The notes under the pieces were generated by a model. That model was not told where the DNA came from. It searched no databases and was given only the letters and a program-made list of their open reading frames with translations. 64,000 nt of DNA, taken from assembly GCA_028534125.1 (NCBI GenBank), contig CM052818.1, positions 39,620,001 to 39,684,000 of the forward strand. The letters are read 5' to 3'. Below, in pieces: positions 51,400-62,705 of the stretch. The position numbers were made by a program, and so were the translations under genes. This DNA is from Lama glama. Taxonomy: Eukaryota. The stretch's first letter is position 1. Each line of letters starts with the position of its first letter.

Positions 51400-52120
51400 C
51401 CAGTGATTTGGGCAATATGACTTGGCTAGGACCACTCAGTCCAAGTTTCTGAATCATCTCAAGACTTGGTGCATTTGTTCTATTATTTGGCTCCCCTTCA
51501 ATGCATATTATACATAAAAACTATTGCAAAGCTGGCTGGCCATTTTCTCTTCCTCCTGACCTTCCTCCCTTCAGGTGATCGCTTTCCAAGTAACAAATCC
51601 CTTCCCTGCCTTTCATCCATCTCCCTTTCTTGAGCCAGTTTTTTTTTTTTAAATCTAGGTTTTTTTTTTTAATCTTTATCTTTTTTTTTTAATCTTCTAT
51701 GCTACATCACCCACATCCAATGGCTCTTCTCCTTGACCATTAATCCCGGATGTGGAATCTTGTCAAATCTTATTTAAAATCAAAGTCCTCCTTATATAGC
51801 CACTAAATCTCCTTCATCTTTCGTGACAGGGATATCTTCAAGAACTCCATCCGATTTGTTGAACATGACCTCCTCTGCCTGGGCCCTTGCAGCCTTCCTT
51901 CAATAAAGTGGGCTTTCCCAGGTGTTCTCCTACCAAATCTTTTAAGAATGTTTCCAAGGACTCCTCTGCTATACACTCTTTCTATCCCTAAACAAACCAG
52001 ATGTTCCCCATGCTGATCTCCTATCTCCCTGCTTGTCTAAAGAGGGATCTTGAAAGAAATATGAAGCATGGATCTGGCTATTTTCAAATCCTTGGGAATG
52101 ACTTCCAAATAAATGAATTT
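51400..52120 (-). mobile_element. Ancient CR1-clade LINE reverse-transcriptase fragment
   Basis: Minus strand gives, in order, IPKDLKIA, VLGNILKRF, RSCSTN, DFK*..FDKIPHPGLMVK and WLK, matching CR1 VPEDWKIA..PGKILE..GRSCLTNL..DFQKAFDKVPH..WLK. Confidence 0.7.
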
Positions 52121-52701
52121 CAGTTGCTGCCTCTTTACCTCATCTGCTCTTCCCATGATTGCAAATTAAAAAAAAAATAAAGGTAAAATGAATAGCCTTG
52201 TGTTTTCTACTGCTTTGTATGATGTACGTATATTACATCCTGTTTTTCTGAAGCTTGCCTCTAAGTCAGTTATCCTCAAATAGAAACTTGGGATTTGAGG
52301 CAGCTCAATACGGAGCATTCCTCTCAATACATAACATGCCTCAGTTTAGAACCAGTTGAAAAGGGGCATAGGTACATGGAGACTAATCCGTCACCTCTAA
52401 GCTTTGAGTAAGGGGATTCTCTTTGGTTCAGTTTCAATTTAATTTAATACTCTTTCCATCCAGTCTCTGGAACAGGATAACCACAAGCTTCCTACCTCAG
52501 GATAGAGCCCACCCCACAGAGTCAAATATACTCCCCTGGCAGGCAGGTAGTTCCCAAAGACAAGGGAACGATGCAGGGTCTGAGGCAAGCATGCCTGTTT
52601 ACTTTTCATCACTCAGGTAAGTCATTCCTCCTTAAAGGGCAAATGTGTAAGGCATGAGGGGGATGGCAGGCGAAGCGCTCCTCTGTATCAAATAGTGGGG
52701 A

Positions 52702-52880
52702 ACAGGCTCTCCAAAATAGCAGGTTGCATAAGAACTAGTTGTTTGTTTTAAAATGCAGATTCCCAAGGCTCAGTCTGATACAAGATCTGGGATTGGGCCA
52801 AAGGTTTCTAAATGTATAAAAGAACCCCAAATGATTCTGATGTAGACAGTTTGTGAACCCCACACTGAGTAATAGCGTTG
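52702..52880. mobile_element. MER5-like hAT-Charlie element
   Basis: ttttaaaatgcagattcccaaggc...ccccaaatgattctgatgta...ccacactgagtaatagcg. Confidence 0.75.
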
Positions 52881-52884
52881 CATA

Positions 52885-53098
52885 AAAAGTCCTAATGTTC
52901 TCCCCAAAACAGGCATTAAATAGTCAAATGTTTTGGAAAAACTGGATTTGAAAAATGAAGCACATTTCTTTTTTTGATTTGTAGTCTTATAAATGTTTGA
53001 GGGGAGGATACGTGGTATTTTTCCAAACGTTTTTTCAGACTATCTGTTGATCACCTGAGGGACACTACTCACTGTCTAACACAGTGTGGAAAGTGCTA
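52885..53098. mobile_element. Degenerate hAT-Charlie non-autonomous element (subfamily uncertain)
   Basis: gtcaaatgttttggaaaactgg...tttttccaaac...aacacagtgtggaaagtgct. Confidence 0.45.
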
Positions 53099-53281
53099 AG
53101 TTGAGTGTCTGCAACAAAAGAAGAAGCAACATAACCTGTGCTGGTTAGAACACACCTCAGTTTGAAGTGCTGTTACACTTTGAGTTGCTGAAAAGCCTGG
53201 GGCATGTTGAAAGAAGAGCATAAAGGATCTTTAAGGATTTGTGATCGTCTTGCATGAACAATAGTTGAAAGACACTGAAGA

Positions 53282-54000
53282 GACTTCCAGGCTAAGATGG
53301 CGGCACCAAGACATACACACGTCTCAACTCACTCCCTGGCAAAATGCCTCCAAAGCCATGGGAAAGAGATTCGAAGAACTGGGAAATAAAGAGAGAAGAC
53401 AGCAGTTGTATTTGGAAGCTGGAAAGCCTATAGACCAATGGTAAATGAGGTAGCCAAACCAAACAGCTGCATCCAAAACCAGAGGGAAGAAAACTGGGCA
53501 TCACCATGCTACCTGTTGCAGATTCCTTAGAGGGCACAGGATGGACAGCTCCGGTTTCTTTTGAAATGGGGCACAGTGGTGAGAACAAAAATAGATAGGA
53601 CTGGGTAAAAACTGTTGGCAAAGCAATCAGATGCCTGGATCTTCCGAAATCTATGCCACTGGGTAATGAACCCTCCCAACACCACATAAGACTAGAAGTT
53701 TATTCTCTGAAGAGTATATAACTGTGGGTTGGGTGTTGGCTGGCATGGACGTTGGTTTAGTTGAAGATGACAGTATCCTACTGAAAGCAAAGAGATAATC
53801 AAATGCTCTATGTATTAAATGTTGAATGTTGAGTTCGCCAGTCCATTTTCCCTCCTAGAATACAAATTCCCCAAGCAAGAAGTTCAAAAGTATGCTTTAA
53901 GAAACCTGATTATCCCAAATGGAAAGACCAAAACCAAGGCTTCCTCACAAAACAGCCAAGCAAATCATCCTATGGGGATGCTCAAAGTCAGAAAAAAAAA
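53282..54000 (+). mobile_element. HAL1 or old L1 5' region
   Basis: Starts gacttccaggctaagatggcggc (L1/HAL1 5' terminus with YY1-type AAGATGGCGGC); tttggaagctggaaag...gtaaatgaggtagc. Confidence 0.6.
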
Positions 54001-54009
54001 CTCTTCATC

Positions 54010-54505
54010 AATGGCTACAACAAGAGCCCCAGTTCCATGTGCAATTCCAGAACCTTGCAACGCCCTGCTAGCAGGCAGTGTCTGTTTCTCTTCTTCTTGA
54101 GACTGGGTGGGATTTTGCGACTGCCTCAATAAATGGTCTGTGTTGTATGATTTTTTAGGCTAGGTCATAAAAGGTGATATGACTTATGCCTGGCCCTTTC
54201 TCTGGATTCTTGCCCTGAGAAGGTTGCCACCCTGCTGTAAACTGGCCTATAGGGAGAGACCCACTGAAGAGGGAGAGGCCCTTGTCCAAAAGCTAACATC
54301 AGCCACAAGACCCGTGAGTGATGGATCCCAGCCCCCAGCTTTGGAACCTTTCCGCTGAGGCCTCTGACAGTGTGAAGCAAAAAGGCCATCCTTACTCTGC
54401 TTTGTCTGAATTCTGGAGCCACAGCATCCTTGAATAGCACAAATGGTTGTTTTAGACCACTGTGCATTGGACTCATTTGTTCTAAAGTGATTAGTAACAG
54501 GAATA
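54010..54505 (+). mobile_element. MaLR solo LTR (MLT1F/G/H-like)
   Basis: aggctaggtcataaaaggtgata...gctgaggcctctgacagtgtgaagcaaa...aaatggttgttttagaccact. Confidence 0.8.
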
Positions 54506-54618
54506 AACATTACTTAAACACTTAAAGAGTTAAACTTTTATTACTTTGGAGGTTGTCGTTCCTAAACATTTCAAGATCCTTCAAAGAAGCAATTTGCCAT
54601 CTTGGACTTTGGAGGAAT

Positions 54619-54645
54619 TGTGTTTGTGTGTGTGTGTGTGTGTGT
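54619..54645. repeat. (TG)n microsatellite
   Basis: Read directly. Confidence 0.95.
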
Positions 54646-55699
54646 ATGAGGAGCAGAGAGATCAGACTGTGATGGAAGGTACACGGGTACCGTATTGTCT
54701 ATGATCCATAATTCTCTTAGAAATTTTTCTGGAATTTTAAACTATTTCCTTTTTTCTTTGATTAAAAAAAAACATAGAGGATAAGACATGAACTCATTAC
54801 AAGAATAACAAGTTTCAGGACTTTGTAAAATGAAGAGAAAGTTTGGAAGAGGCTGAATAAGAACTCAAAGACTACTTATACTACATTCCAGAGTTCAGCA
54901 GCTTTTTTCAGATTGTCTGCGTTTAGGATTATATTCATCACTGCTGCGTTCACTTACAGGTGGGGACATTATTTTGGAAACCTCTCTTTGTATTGTCTTT
55001 GTAACTTAGATCTATTGCCCATGACATTTTAGCTATTTAATAACTCCACTGTTCCAACAAAACCTCCCCGAGGAGTACTTCAGGCTCCCAGTGTCCACCA
55101 ACCTAAGCTCTCCATAGGAGCAATGAAGAACCACAGGTGCGGGAAATCTGAGGATTCCTTCTCTGAGGGGTCCCTCTTCATTCAGCTGTTTTTGTCTTAA
55201 AGTAGATCTTAAGCTCTGCGGAGTACTTAATCTTAGAAATTCAGAAATGGAAGATTAACCCCCAAAGATGAAGTGATTTTCTAAATATGTTAATTCCATG
55301 TGATTGTTAATTTATTACCTTCTGTCTTTATAATGAATGGCAGCCTCTCCTGCAGCCTTCATATCGATTATTTTCATCAGATGAGAACAAAAATTTCCCT
55401 GTAAGGAAAATAGATATCTTTCCTCCAAATGAACTACAGAAAGACAAAAACGTGCTCACGTTGCTTATGAAATGTGCGAAGGAGATTCTGAAGTCCGGGG
55501 AATCACTCAACTGATGTGACGTTTTTCATTTGAAAGAAAAGTGTTTCCAGCTTGTGCTTGTTATAAAAATAGGATTCCAAATATTTATAGAAATAAAATC
55601 TTTATCAGCTTCTCTTCTCCCAAAGAGATTTAGGGTTCTAAAACTCTGGCAAAACCAATTGATTCAAGAGATACTTACTCTATGTCCCTTTTTCCTAGG

Positions 55700-56480
55700 C
55701 TTTTTGAATGACTATAGAGAGATGAAGACAAGTTAATCAGACAAGGAATGTGACTTCAAAAAGCTTACAGTCTAACAGGGAGGCAGGCTGTTTGTAAAAA
55801 TAATGAAAACATGAGATGGACTATATGAAAGGCAGAGACATACTGAGGGAGCATTCAGAAGAGGGGGAGAAAGCAGGATGGTGGGATAAAGGGAAGAGGA
55901 GTCAGGGAAAGGTGATTTCATAGCAGGCATGGACTTACAGACTCTACAAAGGAGTTGTTCAAGTGAACAATAAAGGTTCAGTTTGGATGGAACATCCAAA
56001 CTAGACATACATCAGTGAGGACCTTCTAAAAGGGGAGATCCCGGACCCTTCACCAGACCCCAAGACCCAGCCTCCATAGCAGCAGACCTGGGCAGTCATG
56101 TTTTTAACAGGCTCCTCTGGTTATGGCTGGATTTAGGGCTCTCTGGGCTGAAACGCAGGGTTTATAATTGAGAATGCTGGAGATGAAGTTGGGAAGGTTG
56201 GATGGCGCCAAATACCAAGAGGCATTGCCTTCCAGAACGCATATGGGCTTTTATTCATTAGTTAGTGGGATGCCAGGAGAGACCCTTGAGTAATGAAGTA
56301 ATAGATCAGTGTGGTGCTTCAAGAACAGTGATCTGCGGGTGTGTATAAGATGGATTGGAAAGGAGACTGGGGTAGAGAAATAATTAGGTGCTACCTGTAA
56401 TTTCTCAGAACAGAGTAATGAAAGCATAAACGTTAGGAATAGCAACTGCAGGGCTGGCAAGGAAAGCCTGGGTGGACGTC
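55700..56480 (-). mobile_element. L2 LINE with a probable MER5-like insert (~56010-56150)
   Basis: aagcttacagtctaacagggagg...gagtcagggaaaggtgatttcatag...ggattggaaaggagactgg. Confidence 0.65.
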
Positions 56481-57394
56481 TAGTCTCACTCACTCTTGTC
56501 ACTTACTTTAGTTCTTGTAACGTCTCTTGCTTTGATCTTGCCTCCCATTGAAGACACTCTCACTCAGTAAACCCTTAACCACTCCTGACCCAAGTTCTTG
56601 CCTTTTGGATAAAATGCATTGTGTTTAAATGTATGGGGTGGTACTTGCTGCCATTATTTTAAGAAAAAAGTATGTTCAGGCCATTGAGTCCTCTGGACTG
56701 CAGAAGGCTTGAGAATGTCTCCGCTCTGGATACAACTGATTCTCTGGCAGGAATGGTGGAATTTTTGTACCTGCCCAGCACATTGCACGAGAGTGGGCAT
56801 CTAGTAATCACGTAAAATGTTCTGATTATTGATTTGAGCTCCAATTCCAATTTCTGCAACTTTTGATTCTATCCCTTGATTCTCTTGAAAAGTCAGGGAA
56901 GGTTTCTCTGATACATTTCCTCTCTGTTAATCCTTTCTGTGCGCTGCCCCCTGGCCCCCTGGCCCCCAGCCTATCCTCATAGACTTAATAGGCTCTGATT
57001 ATTCAGACTGCCGGATCTCACACAGTAGTTCCTTTAGAGGGGCAAGAAGAAACCTTCTCACTGGAATCATCTTGCCTTTAAACACAATGCACCTATTTGG
57101 GAAAAGGCTCAGATATTTGGCATATTACTGGCCTTTCATGTGAATCCTTACAGCAGGTAGAAACAGGTATTCCTAGCTCTTCTGTATGAAGGGACATCAT
57201 TAAATAAAAAGAAGAGAAAGGAAATGCTGTGTCCTTTTAAATGAAAACATCAGAGGAAGAAAAATAATTATCTGTCTCAAAAATATTGGTTTAATAAATT
57301 CACATTAAACTTAACCAAAAAAATGAAAAAAGAACCAAATGCAAATTAATCTTGAGAAGAGCTTAAAATGACCTACTGCGATCACTATGGTACC

Positions 57395-57797
57395 TGTTAG
57401 GGGCTAAATTGTGTCCCACCAAAATTCAGATGCTGAAGCCCTAGCCCCCAGAACTTCAGAATATGACTGTTGTTTGGAGATTGGGCCTTTAAAGAGGTGT
57501 CGATTAAATGAGAATGAGTCTTTTAAGGTGAGTCCTAATCCAGTATGACTGAAGAAGAATGCATAAGAAGAAGAAATGCAGCACCCAGAGACACACACCA
57601 GGGAAGAGCGCAGAGAGAGGACAGAGGGAGAAGGCGGCCGTCTGCAAGCCAAGCAGAGAGACCTCAGGAGAAATCAAACCTCCAGACCCCATGGTCTTGG
57701 ACTTCCAAGCCTCCAAAACTCTGATAAATAAATTTTTGTTGTGTGAGCCTCCCAGTGTGAGGTACTTTGTTATGGCAGCCCCAGAAGACTGATCCCA
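57395..57797 (+). mobile_element. MLT1B-like MaLR solo LTR, full length
   Basis: TG...CA ends; ctaaattgtgtcccaccaaaattc...aaggcggccgtctgcaagccaag...aataaatttttgttg...ggtactttgttatggcagccc. Confidence 0.92.
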
Positions 57798-58548
57798 TGC
57801 GCCATGCCAAGTGGAAATCTGAGGGCTCAGGGAGCTGCCATGCCACCATCTGCAGCACAAGACCTAACTGAACTGGTGGTACTTGTGGTGTGAATGGATC
57901 TGCCACCTCCATCACCGACACCATCCCAGACCCAAAAGCGGAAACCAGGAGGCACAGGGGTTTTCAGAGGCTATCTCCCGTTTATCAGAGGGGTTAATGG
58001 TGATGCACTAGAGATTGAAATGACCAATAGGAGACGTTTTCAGAGTCTCTTTCCATTTGAACACCTGTATCAAAGTTGAGATGAAATGGAGATTGTTAAT
58101 AAGGAGCGCTCCCCCAGATCCTTGCAGACTGTGGCCCCTCCCCCTCTGCGTGCCTTCTGGGGGCCCCGTCAATCAGTGTTCTTGCTCTTTACCCCCTCCC
58201 CCACTCGACCTTAGCAGCAATCCCTTCACCATGCGATTAGCTTTTATCACTCTGCCCTAGTCAGCCACTGCCTGTTTCCACCTCCACTTTATCTTGTGTT
58301 TCAGGATGTCCCTTTGATCCCCAAGCCCACCTTCCCCTGGCACCATAGCCTTGAGCTGAGTCCAGCTGCTGCCACAGCCAACTCTGACGCACTGAACCCC
58401 AGGCTGGGCCAGAGCTCCAGGTCTGCCTGTGTGGGCGAGAGGAAACTGGGGTGAGCCCCACTGCAGACACTACCCCATTGGTTGGACTCACCAGGCTTTC
58501 AGTGCAAAGAGGAGCAAAGCCCTAGTAAATTAACCTGCACCAGTAGTA

Positions 58549-58729
58549 CCATATTCAATCAAATCTAGGACACTGTCAATTAGAACACACAATATTATTT
58601 TACATACCAATAAAAGAGAATAAATGCTCACAAATAAACTATAATACATTATCAACTGTAAGGTGCTTTAAATTTCAGAGTAGTTCAAAGGTCAAAAAAA
58701 AAAGTGTCCTAGAGTGAATGACATGAGAG
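58549..58729 (-). mobile_element. MER104-like (TcMar-Tc2) DNA element
   Basis: ta|ccatattcaatcaaatctaggacac...attattttacatacca...aaactataataca...atttcagag...gtgtcctagagtgaatgaca. Confidence 0.75.
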
Positions 58730-59374
58730 CTATAAGCATAACAATAACATCATTTAAGAATAATGACCAAACTTTAAAAATATATATACTGAAGTCCGCT
58801 GAAATTCCGCTGCCCTTTAAGTATGTAATACATTCACTCATACTCCAAATATGGGGGAACACATGGAGCAAGAACTTCTAAGCTTCTGTAACTCCAGCAG
58901 CACTTCCATCCCTGTGCTTACTGCCCACCCCGCTCTTCTGCTCCCCATTTGCATCTTGTGCTCCACGCTTCTCCTTTCTGTATCCCCAGCTGACCATGGC
59001 CTCTTTTCTCCCCTATTTTAAAATGTTTCTTGCATTTTATTTTTGTGTGTATCCAATTTCATTGGGATTTGTAGCAACAGAAGTAGTTACTATTGCAGTA
59101 TGTAAAAGTCTTTTGCCCTTGAGTGCAAAGAATTTCCTTCTAGCTGATGTTTCCGTATGAAATCCCTCACCCATTACTTCAGTGTTCTCTTCAGCTTCTC
59201 TCCTCTTTTCTCATCTACCCTCCGGTTTAGCCCTTTAACTCCCTGTCTGCTTTAGGGACTTCATGCCCTTTTTTTTTTCTTTTTAATCTGAAACAGCCTA
59301 TCATTATATTTACCCCAGAAAGAAATTATGGTACTCCCCCTAGGAGGCACATTCCCTTGCATTTACTGTTGTTG

Positions 59375-59862
59375 TTTGTTTGGTATAATGGACAGTCAGA
59401 TGCACACATCTGAAGTATTCAGTTTGATGAATTTGGACAATTGTATATACTAATGTAACGACCACCTTAAACAAAATTTAAAGCAGGTCCATCATCTGAA
59501 AAGTCCCCTGTGTCCCTTTCCAATTAATTACCGGCCCCCCTCCTGCAGTTGTAAACCACTTCCTGATTTCTATCACCATAGATTAATTTCGTCTAATATT
59601 GAACTTCATATAAATGGAATCACTGTGTGGTCTTTTGTGTCTGAACCCTGTTGCTTAACATGCCTTTGAAATTCACACCTGTCTTGCGTATATTAGTCAT
59701 TCATTCATTTTTATTGCTGAGTAGGATTCTATTCCGTGAATATAACATTACTTGTTTCTCTGTTCTATTGATGAACTTTTGGGTTGTTCTCTATTTCTAG
59801 CTATCAGGAATAAGGCTACTGTGAATAGTCTGATCTAAGTCTTTTTGCAGACATGTGATTTT
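59375..59862 (-). mobile_element. L1ME-type 3' UTR fragment
   Basis: tgcacacatctgaagtattcagtttgatgaattt...ctgatttctatcaccatagatta...ttgaacttcatataaatggaatca. Confidence 0.85.
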
Positions 59863-60592
59863 CTGCTGTGATGTTAAATTTTGCGAGATTTTTTCTCTAC
59901 TCCTCAAGAACTAAGTAAATTTCCCTAAGCCATCATCAAAGTCTATGACTAATCCACATGTAGTTTCCCAGGACATGGTAATGAAGGCATGTATTTGGGG
60001 TGATTACTGTCCCAGAGATTTTCACGACTATCTAAACTTGTGATTATTGTCTATGAGAATGTTTCCAGAGGTGCTACTTTTTTTCCTGAATGATATTTTC
60101 TTTGCTTCATGTTGTGTGATGGCCCTTGCGTTCCAAATTCTCATTATCTGAACTCTTGCTATCTAAACTCAGGGACTGAATAGATACAGATTCTTTTTTT
60201 TTTTTTTTTGAGGTGATCTGATCTCTCTCAGTATCTCAGCTCTCATTCCTGTCTGTATGAGACCCAGGGACACTCTGATTTGGATACTGTTTCACAATGA
60301 GATTTAAAATTTTCCAGACCCAAATGGAACTTTCCAATGACAGAATGGCTAAGCTCCTGTCTAGGACCATGATTATTTAAGCCCTCCCCATCACCTTCCA
60401 ATCAGGAAGCCTGGCACTTCTGTCGTTGGAGAGCTCGGTGGTCTAACCATGCAACTGTGAGGTTCCTCTCCTGTTCCTACCTTTACTGTCCCTCTCTCTG
60501 TGTGATGGAATTGTAGCTGCGTTATAGAGCTCTAAGGATTGATTGTATGTAAAAGCTCAGGAGTCCTCAGGACCTTGGGTGGGCCTCATTCT

Positions 60593-60997
60593 TGTTTCTG
60601 GCTAGTCTCTGTTTGCCTCTCAAGACCCTTCTCCCTTCTCCACCCACTTCACTTCCCAGAAGTTGACCTCCAGATTGCATCAGTCAAGCTGCCTTCCTTG
60701 ACCTCTGGCTGCCGGTTGGTTTTTGCCAGTAGGAGACATAATTACAGGATTGGGGGCAGAAAGGAAATAGAAGTTTGAGTTCTTAATCTGCTGGAGTCCT
60801 TCTCCTTCAGCTATGACTGGGCCCCTTCTTGTCTGAAGTCGTAATGGCTTCCTACTGCATTTAGTCCCTGACGGCCCCATTCTTGGCTGGTTTCCTTAAC
60901 TCTGCGTACACCTTTGAACATAGTCCCTTGGTTAAAATCTTCTGAGCTACTCCTTCAAGTGTGCCATTTGTTTTCTTCCAGGGCCCTGTCTGGTGCC
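60593..60997 (+). mobile_element. LTR33-like ERVL solo LTR
   Basis: tagtctctgtttgcc...ccttgacctctggctgccggttgg...ccttaactctgcgtacacctttgaacatagtccctt...gtgtgccatttgttttcttccagggccctg. Confidence 0.8.
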
Positions 60998-61449
60998 CTC
61001 TCCCAGGCCTGCAGGTGGTGGTGTTTGCCCCCTGATGGAGTTTGCTTCTTTAGAGGCTGCATCTCAGAGCAGCAGCAGAATGTCTTAACCAGAAGCATCC
61101 ACCTTCCGGCCTGGCTCTGTGCAGGCTTAAACATTTTGTTTATGTGGTGAAAATAAGGAGAGCGTCATTCTTGAAAAGGGATTTCTTTATTTTACTTTAG
61201 GCCAAGAACTCCTCCCCTCCCTCTCCTCCAACACACACACCTTAAAAAAAGGAAAAAAAAGAAAAAAAAAAAAAGGAGACGCTCTGGCTTGAATTTATGA
61301 GGGAGTTAGGCGTGCAGTTCTCCTTTCAAAGCTCTTCATGTGGAGAGGAAACGGGCCTTGACACTTACACAGTCCAGGAGAATTCCAAGTAGAATCTGGA
61401 CAGATTGGGAAGTTACCATCTTGGAGTGTGTGGGGAGAACAGCCCTGGT

Positions 61450-62110
61450 GGGAAGATGTGGTGACACACATGAGACAACCCATGGATGTTAGGAATGCGC
61501 TGCTTCGGATGTGCCTCTCGACTCCGCGGTCCAATGGGACTGCCAAAAATATGCATATGTTCTTTATGATATCACATGAGGAGGCCATCCAATTAAAGCA
61601 CTCCACAATAAATGCAAGGAGCATAATTCCTGAGTATATTTATGATTGCTTAATGTCAACAAAAGGGTCTTTTAAACACAGCACATTCCTTACCCTGCAC
61701 TCGCAGACCACGCTAAACACATCCAAATGCACGGACTATAAAAGAAGGAAGAGGCAGTACCGGCACCAAGCTCTTTGGTTTCTGCATCTGGCCAGCGTCC
61801 ACTGGGAGAAATGTAAGTCAGAGTTTACCACATGGATTACAAATGTGCTGAATTGCAGGAATGATTATTAAATGAAAATATCCATAGCACCTGCAGCTTG
61901 TCCCAGAAAATTCCCCCAGGGCATTGTGGGTGCTTTTTTAATTTTTTTTTTTTGAGGGAAAAAAAGTAAGACAGGGTGAGATGCAAATGGCAGCTCCAGC
62001 TGCCTCTAGTAGCAACTCCATCAATGTTCCTGAAGGGTTTGCAGAGGCCGTTCAATCAATCTGAGCGGCTCCCATTCCCAGCACGACTGTAGGGAGGGAG
62101 GGGCTGGGGG
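61450..62110. promoter_or_regulatory. Candidate conserved enhancer
   Basis: Repeat-free with retained CpGs; CAATTA, CATAAT, TTTATGATTG, GATTATTAAAT, octamer ATGCAAAT (61981-61988), TCAATCAATC (62052-62061). Conservation not tested. Confidence 0.45.
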
Positions 62111-62400
62111 AATATCATTAGCCTCTTTCCTTTGAGGTTTGGATGATCAAGAAAATGAAAATAATAGTAATGTAAATGGCAAGTGCTTTCAAAAACAAAG
62201 CCCATCAGTGCAGGAGGAAGCACGAAGCTGGCTCCGCAGCTCTGGCCCAGCAGTAGTGTTTATTCTGTTACAAGGTCAGGGCTTCTTCTGGAAACAGAAA
62301 CTGAGCGGCTATGTGGATTTTGTTGATTTAATACATGATTGTATATATATATAGAACATTCTGCACATATGTAATACTTGGCTATGTTTCAGTTAGCTTC

Positions 62401-62430
62401 TGTGTGTGTGTGTGTGCGCGCACACACATG
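62401..62430. repeat. (TG)8(CG)2(CA)4 alternating tract containing a 20-bp perfect palindrome
   Basis: tgtgtgtgcgcgcacacaca (62409-62428) is its own reverse complement. Confidence 0.95.
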
Positions 62431-62464
62431 AAAACAAAAAATAAAGTTAGGAGGAGTTCAATGA

Positions 62465-62705
62465 GGTGGTTGATTTCTGGAATTTGAAATCACAATACCA
62501 AGAGTCAGTTACCACCCTAGCCCTGTAAGTACCTGGGCAAGTCCCTTCACCTTCCTGAGCCTCCGTTCCCTCATGTATAAAATAGCAGTAATGGTTAAAC
62601 CCACACTCATCTCACAGGTAGCTGTCAGGATCAGATGGGGTACTTTTGCATGAAAATGCTTCAGATATGGTAAATTGCTAACTACATATTGGTTATTGTT
62701 ATTAG
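62465..62705 (+). mobile_element. MIR SINE
   Basis: cctgggcaagtcccttcaccttcctgagcctccgttccctcatgtataaaatag...ctcacaggtagctgtcaggatcagatg. Confidence 0.85.

Noticed and set aside
52560..52625. Exon ending at the strong donor CAG|GTAAGT (~52617)
   Set aside because: No convincing acceptor or reading frame; isolated consensus donors occur by chance
47873..57797. The two MLT1B-like LTRs as ends of one provirus
   Set aside because: Opposite orientations, clearly diverged from each other and no MaLR internal sequence between them
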